A stretch of DNA of 34,502 nucleotides from Thermoleophilia bacterium (GCA_025933895.1 JAICZB010000001.1:1-34502); one strand, 5' to 3'. Shown: positions 10,719 through 18,309, counted from the first letter of the stretch. The notes: generated from the letters alone by a model not told the origin. Numbers and translations: made by a program.

Positions 10719-10950
10719 CAGCCGCCTGCTCCTCGAAACCCTCGAGGAGCTGCTCGCCGAGCTGCCGAGCCGGGTGCGTGGCAGCCGCGAGCGCTTCTCC
10801 GAAGGCGCGCTCTCCGCGCTGCGCGGGATCGCGGACGAGCTGAACCTCGTGACGCGCGACGAGCTCGACGAGCTCGAGCTCCGCGTCGCCCAGCTCGAGC
10901 ACCGCCTGCGGCTCCTCGAAGGCCCGCACGACCTTCCTCCGGCGCCGTAA
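10702..10950 (+). CDS. Small coiled-coil protein, UbiK/BMFP-like
   Basis: 82 aa. LNLVTRDELDELELRVAQLEHRLRLLE parallels the LDLVSREEFD...LALLEQR core of E. coli UbiK (YqiC). GC3 is uniformly high. Overlaps the secDF 3' end by 17 nt. Confidence 0.6.
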   Translation: MAARGSSRLLLETLEELLAELPSRVRGSRERFSEGALSALRGIADELNLVTRDELDELELRVAQLEHRLRLLEGPHDLPPAP

Positions 10951-10953
10951 GCC

Positions 10954-11409
10954 TCAGCGCCTGAAGCGGTTCACCGTCGCGGCGAGGAACGTCTCGGCGT
11001 CGTAGACGATGAAGCCACAGACCGCGGCGAGCGGCAGCTCGGCCAGTGCCGCCTCCGCGATCGCCTCCCACATCTCGCCGCCGCTCTGAGCGGTGACCAC
11101 GTCGAACCAGACATCGCAGAGGAGCATCGTCCCCGTCACGGCGGCCAGCGGGACGAGCCACTGCGAGCCGCGGAACGTCGCCCACGCCGTTGCCGCGAAC
11201 GAGGCGGTCAGCCCGACGTCGAAGCCGATCCAGGCGAGGTCGTAGTGGAACGTGACGTGCCGTGACGGCAGCGTGAGCGTCAGGTAGAGGATCCAGGGAA
11301 CGAGCCCGACCGCAACGAGCCCGAGCAGCAGCGTCATCCAGCGCGGCAGCGGGATCCGAACGCCTTCGTCCGGCTCCGGCTCCACGAGCGGCTCTCCCAG
11401 TCCCCTCAT
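10954..11409 (-). CDS. Integral membrane protein (about 4 TM), unknown function
   Basis: MRGLGEPLVEPEPDEG... then WMTLLLGLVAVGLVPWILYLTL, LAWIGFDVGLTASFAATAWA, WLVPLAAVTGTMLLCDVWF and ALAELPLAAVCGFIVY. The stop lies 3 nt from the convergent UbiK-like stop. An internal ATG (MTLLLG) is an alternative start. Confidence 0.65.
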   Translation of the reverse strand: MRGLGEPLVEPEPDEGVRIPLPRWMTLLLGLVAVGLVPWILYLTLTLPSRHVTFHYDLAWIGFDVGLTASFAATAWATFRGSQWLVPLAAVTGTMLLCDVWFDVVTAQSGGEMWEAIAEAALAELPLAAVCGFIVYDAETFLAATVNRFRR

Positions 11410-11434
11410 GGTCACGTTGTACCCTCGGCGAGTG

Positions 11435-13018
11435 ATGTCGAGGCTGCCCGGTGCCGAGAGACTGCTCGCCTGGGGCGCCGCGTCCGTCGGCACGATCGGG
11501 ATCGTCTCGGCGCTGACGCCGGAGATGGCCAACCGCCTCGAGTTCGTCCAGGGCGTCCTGCCTCCGGGCTGGCCGGAGGCCGCGCGCGTCCTCACCGTCG
11601 CCTTCGGGATCGCGCTGATCTGGCTCTCGCGCTCGCTCGCCAAGCGCCGGCGGCGCGCGTGGCAGCTCGCGGTCGGGGCCGTCGTCGCGTCCGCCGTCGC
11701 GCATCTCGCGAAGGGCCTCGACATCGAAGAGGCGACGATCTCGTTGCTCCTGCTCGTCTTCCTCGTCCGCTGGCGTCGCCGCTTCGACGTCCCGGGCGAC
11801 CCGGCGAGCGTGCGGCCGCTGCTCGGCCTCTGCACCGCCCTCGCGGGAATCGCGGCCGTCGCGGGCGGTGCGGAACTTCGCGGCATCGACTTCTCGCATC
11901 GCAGCGGCGACGCGCTCCTCGGACTCGGCCTCGCGCTCGGCTTCCTCGCGCTCTACTTCTGGCTGCGACCCTTCGGGCACGCGGTCGCGCAGACGGTGGG
12001 GGAGCGCCGGGTCGTGCGGGCCATCGTCGACTCCTACGGCAGCGACAGCCTCTCCTTCTTCGCCCTCCGGCGGGACAAGAGCTACCTCTTCTCGCCGTCG
12101 CGCCGTGCCTTTCTCGCGTACCGCGTCGTGGCCGGAACGGCCCTCGTCAGCGGCGATCCGGTCGGCGACGACGGGGAGATCGACGAGCTGCTCGCGGAGC
12201 TGCGGCGCATCGTCCGCGCGCACGGGTGGCGGCTCGCGGTGGTCGGCGTGTCCGGCGAGCACCTCGAGCGCTACCGCGGGCTGGGGCTCAAACCGGTGCC
12301 GATCGGGGAGGAGGCGGTGCTCCTACCGCAGGAGTTCTCGCTCGAGGGACGGGCGATCCGGAAGGTACGGCAGTCGGTCTCCCGGCTCCGCAAGGCCGGC
12401 TACTCGTTCCGAGTCGTCTCGGCCGACGAGGTCGCGCCCGCGAGCGAGACCGAGCTCGAGGACGTCTCGGCGGCGTGGCTCGGCGGGGAGACCGAGCGGG
12501 GCTTTTCGATGGCGATCGACGATCTCCACGTTCCAGGGACCGTGCTCGCCCTGGCCGAGGACCCGGCCGGACGGATCGGCGGCTTCCTCCATCTCGCACC
12601 CAGTCCCGCAGGCGGCGGGTGGTCGCTCAGCGCGATGCGCCGCCGCCCGGATGCGCCGAACGGCCTGACGGAGTTCCTCGTCGTCGAGACGCTCGCCTGG
12701 GCACGGGAGGGTGGTGCGAGCGAGCTGTCGCTCAACTTCTGCGCGCTGACGGACTTCCTCGCGCCGGATCGGGTGACGACGCCGGTGCGCCGGCTCGTGC
12801 GCCGGGTGCTCCTGCTCGCCGACAACATCTTCCAGCTCGAACGGCTCTACTCGTTCAACCGCAAGTTCTTCCCGGAATGGCGCCGCCGCTATATCTGTGT
12901 CGAGCGGCTCACGGACCTGCCCGCGGTCGGGCTCGCGTACCTCCACGCCGAGTCGCTGCTCGTCCCGCCCGGCCCGTGGACCCGGCGGCGCGAGGCACGT
13001 CGCCGCGCTGCCGCCTAG
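11435..13018 (+). CDS. Aminoacyl-phosphatidylglycerol synthase-like protein (MprF C-terminal / DUF2156 domain with N-terminal TMs)
   Basis: N-terminal TM helices, then the DUF2156-type region: DSLSFFALRRDKSYLFS, FLAYRVVAGTALVSGDPVG, GRAIRKVRQSV, GFSMA, LSLNFC and LYSFNRKF. The start could instead be ATG 11408, which would overlap the divergent gene start. Confidence 0.8.
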   Translation: MSRLPGAERLLAWGAASVGTIGIVSALTPEMANRLEFVQGVLPPGWPEAARVLTVAFGIALIWLSRSLAKRRRRAWQLAVGAVVASAVAHLAKGLDIEEATISLLLLVFLVRWRRRFDVPGDPASVRPLLGLCTALAGIAAVAGGAELRGIDFSHRSGDALLGLGLALGFLALYFWLRPFGHAVAQTVGERRVVRAIVDSYGSDSLSFFALRRDKSYLFSPSRRAFLAYRVVAGTALVSGDPVGDDGEIDELLAELRRIVRAHGWRLAVVGVSGEHLERYRGLGLKPVPIGEEAVLLPQEFSLEGRAIRKVRQSVSRLRKAGYSFRVVSADEVAPASETELEDVSAAWLGGETERGFSMAIDDLHVPGTVLALAEDPAGRIGGFLHLAPSPAGGGWSLSAMRRRPDAPNGLTEFLVVETLAWAREGGASELSLNFCALTDFLAPDRVTTPVRRLVRRVLLLADNIFQLERLYSFNRKFFPEWRRRYICVERLTDLPAVGLAYLHAESLLVPPGPWTRRREARRRAAA

Positions 13019-13051
13019 CTGCCGACACTCCCGCCGCGTAGCCTGTCGAGC

Positions 13052-14731
13052 GTGAGCACGACGAGGAGCATCGGGCGTCTGTCGGAGATCGCGCAGGTCA
13101 TGGTGCGCCACGGCTTCGGCTACTTCCTCGAGGCGCACAAGCTCAGCGACCTCATTCCGGGGCGCTCCGCGGAGGAGCGGCTCGCGAACGTCGCGGCCGA
13201 GCACGGCGCGTCCTCCGCCCGCGGCCAGCACCTGCGCGAAGTGCTCGACGAGCTGGGGCCGACGTTCGTCAAGTTCGGGCAGCTCCTCTCGACGAGGCCC
13301 GACGTCGTGCCGCCCGACATCATCGTCGAGCTGCGCGGCCTGCAGGACGACGTGCGGCCGTTCCCGTTCGAGCAGGCCGAGCGCGTGATCGAGGAGGAGC
13401 TGGGGAACACGCTCGAGCGCCTCTTCCTCGACTTCGAGCCGGCCCCCGTCGCGGCGGCGTCGATCGGCCAGGTGCACCGCGCGACGCTGCCGAACGGGCG
13501 CCGCGTCGCCGTCAAGGTGCAGCGGCCGGGCGCGCCGCGCAAGATCGAGGCCGACCTCGGGCTCCTCTACCAGGCCGCGAAGCTCGCGCGCGAGCGGATC
13601 CGGGCGTTCGACTTCGTCGACACGCGCCAGCTCGTGGACGAGTTCGCCCGCTCGATCCGGAAGGAGCTCGACTACCGGCAGGAGGCGCGCAACGCGCAGA
13701 ACTTCCACCGCAACTTCGCCGGCGACCCGCACGTCCGCGTCCCCAAGGTGTACTGGCAGTACACGCGCCCGCGCGTACTGACGCTGGAATGGATCGACGG
13801 CATCCAGCTCGCCGACGTCAACCTCGCGACGACGACGCTCGCGGAACGGCGCGAGCTCGCGTACCGGATCACCGAGACGTGGATGGCGATGATCTTCCGG
13901 CACGGCTTCTTCCACGGCGACCCGCACCCGGCGAACATCCTCGTGCCGCAGGAGGCGGGGACGATCGGGCTCGTCGACTTCGGTGCGGTCGGCACGCTCA
14001 CGGACGACGACATGTCGAGGCTGACCGGCCTCTTCATCGCGGCCGCGAACGAGGACATCGACCAGCTCCCGAGGCGGCTCGCCGACCTCGGCGTCCGCTA
14101 TCCGAAGGAGCGGGAAGGGGAGTTCCTCTCCGAGCTCCGCGAGCTGTACTTCCGCTACTACGGCGCGAGCCTCAGCGAGATCGACCCGATCCAGATCATC
14201 CGCGAGGGCTTCCAGCTCATCTATTCCATGAACCTGCACCTGCCGGCGCGCTTCCTCCTGCTCGACCGCGCACTCGCGACCCTCGGGTCGGTGGGCGCCG
14301 AGCTCTATCCGGACTTCAACGTCTTCGAGGTGGCGCGGCCGTATGCGCGCGACCTGATGCTCGAGCGGTTCAGGCCGGAGCGCGTCGCGCGGCGCGCCCG
14401 CCGGGAGGCGTTCCGGTACGCGCAGGTGCTCGCCGAGGCGCCGCACCAGTTCCACGACTTCATGGAGGAGATCCGCGACGGCCAGATCGAGGTCGGGTTC
14501 GTGCACAAGGGCCTCGACGACCTGCTCGCGAAGCTCGACACGCTGTTCAACCGGCTCGTGATCGCGCTCATCGTCGTCGGAGGGCTGATCGGCTCGAGCC
14601 TGATCGGGATCTTCGCGAAGGCCGGCCCGCACGTGCTCGGCGTGAACATCATCTCGATGGGGGGCTTCGCACTGTCGACGATCCTCGGGATCTGGCTGCT
14701 GTGGGGCGTGATCCGCTCCGGCCGGTTGTAG
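13052..14731 (+). CDS. ABC1/UbiB-family atypical kinase
   Basis: KFGQLLSTRPDVVPPDI, AAASIGQVHRATLPNGRRVAVKVQRP, HGFFHGDPHPANILV and VDFGAVG, plus two C-terminal TMs. GTG start. Confidence 0.92.
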   Translation: MSTTRSIGRLSEIAQVMVRHGFGYFLEAHKLSDLIPGRSAEERLANVAAEHGASSARGQHLREVLDELGPTFVKFGQLLSTRPDVVPPDIIVELRGLQDDVRPFPFEQAERVIEEELGNTLERLFLDFEPAPVAAASIGQVHRATLPNGRRVAVKVQRPGAPRKIEADLGLLYQAAKLARERIRAFDFVDTRQLVDEFARSIRKELDYRQEARNAQNFHRNFAGDPHVRVPKVYWQYTRPRVLTLEWIDGIQLADVNLATTTLAERRELAYRITETWMAMIFRHGFFHGDPHPANILVPQEAGTIGLVDFGAVGTLTDDDMSRLTGLFIAAANEDIDQLPRRLADLGVRYPKEREGEFLSELRELYFRYYGASLSEIDPIQIIREGFQLIYSMNLHLPARFLLLDRALATLGSVGAELYPDFNVFEVARPYARDLMLERFRPERVARRARREAFRYAQVLAEAPHQFHDFMEEIRDGQIEVGFVHKGLDDLLAKLDTLFNRLVIALIVVGGLIGSSLIGIFAKAGPHVLGVNIISMGGFALSTILGIWLLWGVIRSGRL

Positions 14732-14734
14732 CTC

Positions 14735-14753
14735 GCGGGTGCTGCGCACCCGC
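14735..14753. terminator. GC hairpin 3 nt after the ubiB-like stop (GCGGGTG-CTGCG-CACCCGC); candidate bidirectional terminator
   Basis: 7-bp perfect stem with a 5-nt loop, read directly. No U-tract. Almost the same sequence recurs at 22025-22053. Confidence 0.4.
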
Positions 14754-14961
14754 TCGCTGGGACAACGGAATTGCGCCTCCGTGTTTTGGTTTCGATCCCG
14801 TGGGCGGATCGTGGTGTCGTGCGCTCGCCCGCGACCGAACAGAACGCTCGAACCCACGCAAACCCCAGGCAAGCCCTACTGCACGGAGCACACGCGAGGT
14901 CGCAATCTCGGGTGTGCGCAGTTCGTTCATCTCCGGGCGAAGAGCGAAGAGCTTCGCCCGG
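14735..14961 (-). ncRNA. Candidate structured RNA / intergenic repeat copy 1 (minus-strand orientation matches copy 2 at 21949-22053)
   Basis: Helices readable in the sequence: 14777-14783/14882-14888 (CTCCGTG/CACGGAG), 14888-14898/14907-14917 (11 bp, 1 mismatch) and 14933-14942/14952-14961 (10 bp perfect). The reverse complement of 14851-14888 and 14735-14761 aligns to 21949-21986 and 22022-22048. Overlapping ORFs have poor GC3. Confidence 0.3.
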
Positions 14962-15026
14962 ATCGTCACGCTTTAGCGCGAAAGGACATCTGGCGGAGCC
15001 GGGGCACTGCGCCTAGCCTCGGTGGC

Positions 15027-15665
15027 ATGACCGCGCTCCTCCTCGCCGAGCCGGAAGCGACCGTTCGCGGGTTCCTCGAGCGCCAGCTCCGCAACGACGG
15101 CTTCGACGTCGTGTCGTGCGAGCGAGCGGAGCGGCTGCCGCGGGCGGCGGATCCCGACGTTCTCGTGCTCGGGGACGCCGAGGCGCTCGACCGCGGGGTG
15201 GTCCCCGACTGTCCCGTGATCGTGCTCGGCGGCGCCGACCCTGCCGCGCGGGTCCGCGCGCTCGCGCGCGCCGACGACTGCCTGGCGCGTCCGTTCGTCT
15301 ACGAGGAGTTGCTCGCGCGCATCCACGCGCTCCTGCGGCGCTGTCCGCCGCGGGTCGAGCTGCTCGAGATCGGCTCGCTGGAGATCGACCGCGCGGCGCG
15401 GCGCGTCACCGTGCTCGGCCAGGAGGTGGAGTTGTCGGGAAAGGAGTTCGCGTTGCTCGTGAAGCTCGCGTCCGCGCCCGACCGCGTCTTCACCCGCGAG
15501 CAGCTGCTGCGGGACGTGTGGGGCTTCCGCACGTACGTCCCGACCCGGACGCTCGAGTCGCACGCGTCCCGCGTCCGGCGCAAGCTCGCGACCGCGGGGC
15601 TGTCGGGCTGGGTCGTGAATGTCTGGGGCGTGGGCTACAAGCTGCGCCACGTTCCCGGCGCGTGA
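15027..15665 (+). CDS. OmpR/PhoB-family DNA-binding regulator with a degenerate receiver domain (orphan)
   Basis: The C-terminal winged helix is intact (LSGKEFALLVKLASAPDRVFTREQLLRDVWGF...TRTLESHASRVRRKL...VWGVGYKL). In the receiver, the acidic pair reads AEPE, the T/S position is G (VIVLGG) and the conserved K is R (DDCLARPF). No histidine kinase is adjacent. Confidence 0.88.
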   Translation: MTALLLAEPEATVRGFLERQLRNDGFDVVSCERAERLPRAADPDVLVLGDAEALDRGVVPDCPVIVLGGADPAARVRALARADDCLARPFVYEELLARIHALLRRCPPRVELLEIGSLEIDRAARRVTVLGQEVELSGKEFALLVKLASAPDRVFTREQLLRDVWGFRTYVPTRTLESHASRVRRKLATAGLSGWVVNVWGVGYKLRHVPGA

Positions 15666-15669
15666 GCCT

Positions 15670-15879
15670 CTAGTGGAAGTGGCCCCAGCGGATGGCGATG
15701 ACGAGGAGCACGAAGCCGCCGCCGATGAGGAGACCCCCGATCGCCTGGCCGGCGCGCCGCGCCAGCGGCATGAGGGCGCCCAGCAGGAGCGCCAGACCGC
15801 CAACCGCTCCGAGCGCTGCTCCGAGCTCGGCGAGCTGTCTTCCCCTGTGTGCCTTGATGACGAGCGCGAGGAATGTCAT
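15670..15879 (-). CDS. Small two-TM membrane protein (69 aa)
   Basis: MTFLALVIKAHRGRQLAELGAALGAVGGLALLLGALMPL...IGGLLIGGGFVLLVIAIRWGHFH. GC3 is mostly high. Lies 39 nt downstream of ogt on the same strand. Confidence 0.5.
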   Translation of the reverse strand: MTFLALVIKAHRGRQLAELGAALGAVGGLALLLGALMPLARRAGQAIGGLLIGGGFVLLVIAIRWGHFH

Positions 15880-15918
15880 GCCGGCATGATCTCGGCGACC
15901 ACGGACGGTGCCGCCCTT

Positions 15919-16485
15919 CTACAGAAGCGCACCTTCGAGCCGCAGCAGCCACTCCTTGCGGTCGAGGCCGCCGCCGTAGCCGGTGAGGCTGCCGTTCGCT
16001 CCCACGACGCGGTGGCAGGGGAGGACGATCGGCAGCGGGTTCCGGTTCATCACTGTGCCGACTGCCCGCGCCGCGCGCGGGGCGCCGACCTGCGCCGCGA
16101 GGGCGCCGTAGGTCGTCGTGTGGCCGTACTCGACCCGATCGAGCTCCTCGAGGACGCGCCGGTGGAACTCCGGCGTCGCGCGCAGATCGAGCTCGAGGTC
16201 GAAGGCGTGCCGGCGGCCGGCGAAGTACTCGTCCAGCTCGCGGCGGACACGGTCGAGCGCGTCGGGAGCACGGAGGACACGCGGCCCGAAGTGACGGGCC
16301 AGCCGCTCCAGCTCGGCTTCCGGCTCCGGGTCGAAGCCGACGCGGCAGAGCCCGCGCTCCGAGACGCCGACGAGCAGCCGCCCGACGGGCGTGTCGTCGA
16401 GGACGTCGTAGGCGACGTCGAGCTCGCCGGACGCTGCCGCCGCCGTGCGGAAGCGCTCGTCGAGAACGGTCGGAACTCCAGTCAT
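15919..16485 (-). CDS. ogt: Methylated-DNA--protein-cysteine methyltransferase (O6-alkylguanine-DNA alkyltransferase)
   Basis: Active-site PCHRVV, with the YGALA...VGTVMNRNPLPIVLPCHRVVGANGSLTGYGGGL signature. The ATG overlaps the sigma-factor stop (ATGA at 16485-16482). Confidence 0.92.
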   Translation of the reverse strand: MTGVPTVLDERFRTAAAASGELDVAYDVLDDTPVGRLLVGVSERGLCRVGFDPEPEAELERLARHFGPRVLRAPDALDRVRRELDEYFAGRRHAFDLELDLRATPEFHRRVLEELDRVEYGHTTTYGALAAQVGAPRAARAVGTVMNRNPLPIVLPCHRVVGANGSLTGYGGGLDRKEWLLRLEGALL

Positions 16486-16943
16486 CGTTGCTCCTTCTCC
16501 TTCCGCAGCCGCCGCACGCCGGCGGAGGCCGCCTGTCGCGCCGCCTGCTCGTTCGAGCCGAGCGCCGCGCCGATTGCGTCGTAGTCGAGGTCGTAGCCGT
16601 AGCGGAGGACGACTGCCGCGCGCTCCTTCGGCGGCAGGTCGTCGGTCAGCGGCGCGAGCTCTTCGACGGCCGGCCGCTCATCCTCGCTCGCCGGCTCGGC
16701 CGACAGCTCGGCCGTGGGTCGCTCCCGCCGCGCCGCGTCGACGACCGCGTTCGAGGCGATCGTGAGCACCCAGGCGCGCAGGTGCTCGCCGTGCTCGAGC
16801 CGGCCGTAGGCGCGCAACGCACGGAGGAACGTCTCCTGGAAGAGGTCGTCGGCCCGGTCGCGTCCCGCCCGCCGCCGCAGGAACCCGAGCACCTCGCCCT
16901 TGTGACACTCGTAGAACCGCTCGAAGGGAGGAACGCCGCTCAC
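16482..16943 (-). CDS. ECF-type sigma-70 family RNA polymerase sigma factor
   Basis: Region 2 (DDLFQETFLRALRAY...RAWVLTIASNAVVDAARRE) and region 4 (LPPKERAAVVLRYGYDLDYDAIGAALGSNEQAARQAASAGVRRLR). 153 aa. GTG start. Confidence 0.9.
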   Translation of the reverse strand: MSGVPPFERFYECHKGEVLGFLRRRAGRDRADDLFQETFLRALRAYGRLEHGEHLRAWVLTIASNAVVDAARRERPTAELSAEPASEDERPAVEELAPLTDDLPPKERAAVVLRYGYDLDYDAIGAALGSNEQAARQAASAGVRRLRKEKEQR

Positions 16944-16982
16944 CGTCCAATGAAACGTAGTCGGGGTTCAAGATGTGAGGTC

Positions 16983-17813
16983 ATGAACGTCGCTGTCGTC
17001 GGTCACGTCGAATGGGTCGAGTTCGCGCGTGTCGATCACGTGCCCGCGCCCGGCGAGATCGTGCACGCGCTCGAGACGTGGGAAGAGCCCGGCGGTGGCG
17101 GTGCGGTGGCCGCCGTCCAGGTCGCGAACCTCGGGGGCTCGTGCCTCTTCTTCACCGCTCTCGCCGATGACGAGCTCGGCCGCCGCTCGCGCGAGGAGCT
17201 CGAGGCGCGCGGCGTCACGGTGCATGCGGGTCGCGCGCCCGGGAAGCAACGGCGGGCGCTCACTCACGTCGACGAGACCGGTGAGCGGACGATCACCGTG
17301 CTCGGCGACAAGCTGCTTCCCTCCGGCGAGGACGGCTCGCTCCCGTGGGAGGAGCTCCACCGCTGCGCAGCCGTCTACTTCGTGAGCGGAGACGTCGCCG
17401 CCCTTCGCGCGGCCCGCCACAGTCCCGTACTCGTCGCCACCTCCCGCGAGCTCGCGACGCTGCGCCGCGCGGTCGTGGAGGTGGACGTCCTCGTCGGCAG
17501 CGGCGAGGACGCGGCCGAGCGGTTCGAGTCCGGCGGGCTCGAGCCGGAGCCGCAGATCGTCGTCACGACGGCCGGCGCGCTCGGCGGCTGGATCCGGCCC
17601 GGCGGCCCGTTCCGCGCGGCGCCCCTTCCCGGCACCGTCTCCGACGCGTACGGCTGCGGCGACTGCTTCGCCGCCGGCCTCACGTACGGGCTCGCCCTCG
17701 GCAGGCCGGTGGACGAGGCGGTCGGGCTGGGTGCGCAGTGTGGGGCGGCGGTCCTGACCGGCCGCGGCGCATACGGGCACCAGCTCACGCGCGGCGATGT
17801 ACACGCCGATTGA
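16983..17813 (+). CDS. PfkB-family carbohydrate kinase (ribokinase-like)
   Basis: MNVAVVGHVEWVEF... GGGAVAAVQ, and the C-terminal anion-hole motif DAYGCGDCFAAGLTYGL. GAGG Shine-Dalgarno upstream of ATG 16983. The upstream part of the 441-aa track ORF is antisense to the sigma gene. Confidence 0.85.
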   Translation: MNVAVVGHVEWVEFARVDHVPAPGEIVHALETWEEPGGGGAVAAVQVANLGGSCLFFTALADDELGRRSREELEARGVTVHAGRAPGKQRRALTHVDETGERTITVLGDKLLPSGEDGSLPWEELHRCAAVYFVSGDVAALRAARHSPVLVATSRELATLRRAVVEVDVLVGSGEDAAERFESGGLEPEPQIVVTTAGALGGWIRPGGPFRAAPLPGTVSDAYGCGDCFAAGLTYGLALGRPVDEAVGLGAQCGAAVLTGRGAYGHQLTRGDVHAD

Positions 17814-17832
17814 ACAGCGATAGGGTCTGCGC

Positions 17833-18309
17833 GTGAGCCAGCTTGGTGCGCGTTCCGCTGCCGAAGCGATCCTGACGACTCCCTCCGACCGGTACTCGGC
17901 GCACGACTGGCTGGGGACGCTGGAGGAGGTGCCGCTCTTCGAGGGCCTGCCGAAGCGTCACCTGCTGCGGGTAGCCAAGCTCGCCCGCGTCCGGCGCTTC
18001 GCACCCGGTTCGACGCTCGTGCGCGCAGGCGACGCCGGCAAGTCGTTCTTCGTGTTGCTCGACGGCCACGCGAAGGTCGTCCGCAGCAGCGGGCGGCCGC
18101 GCCGTCTCGGGATGGGGGACTACTTCGGCGAGATGGCCCTGCTCGACAGCACTCCGCGCTCCGCCGACGTCATCGCCGAGGGAGAGGTGCTCGCGTTGAC
18201 GATCGGCCGCGCCGCCTTCACGAAGCTCCTCGGCGCCGAGCCGACGCTCGCGCTGGTGCTCCTGCGCACGCTCGCAGCCCGGCTGCGCGCGACCGAGACG
18301 AGCATCTAG
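17833..18309 (+). CDS. Stand-alone cyclic-nucleotide-binding (CAP effector) domain protein
   Basis: VPLFEGLPKRHLLRVAKLARVRRFAPGSTLVRAGDAGKSFFVLLDGHAKV...GDYFGEMALLDSTPRSADVIA is the canonical cNMP-binding beta-roll with the FGE..L....RSA phosphate-binding cassette. No output domain. GTG start. Confidence 0.88.
   Translation: MSQLGARSAAEAILTTPSDRYSAHDWLGTLEEVPLFEGLPKRHLLRVAKLARVRRFAPGSTLVRAGDAGKSFFVLLDGHAKVVRSSGRPRRLGMGDYFGEMALLDSTPRSADVIAEGEVLALTIGRAAFTKLLGAEPTLALVLLRTLAARLRATETSI

Noticed and set aside
14780-14890. tRNA-like or tmRNA-like gene. A 7-bp CTCCGTG/CACGGAG 'acceptor' pairing and GGGTTCGAG / GGGATCGAAACC T-arm-like strings occur on the minus strand.
   Set aside because: The enclosed segment is about 98 nt with no cloverleaf. 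The T-arm-like strings lack complementary 3' halves, and there is no anticodon arm. It is not a tRNA.
16944-17040. ECF-type promoter (GGAAC...CGTT) upstream of the sigma factor gene
   Set aside because: The only candidates are a TGAAC with CGTT just 8 nt away, and a GAAC-N17-ACCG match. Neither fits the expected 16-17-nt spacing and motif well enough to report.
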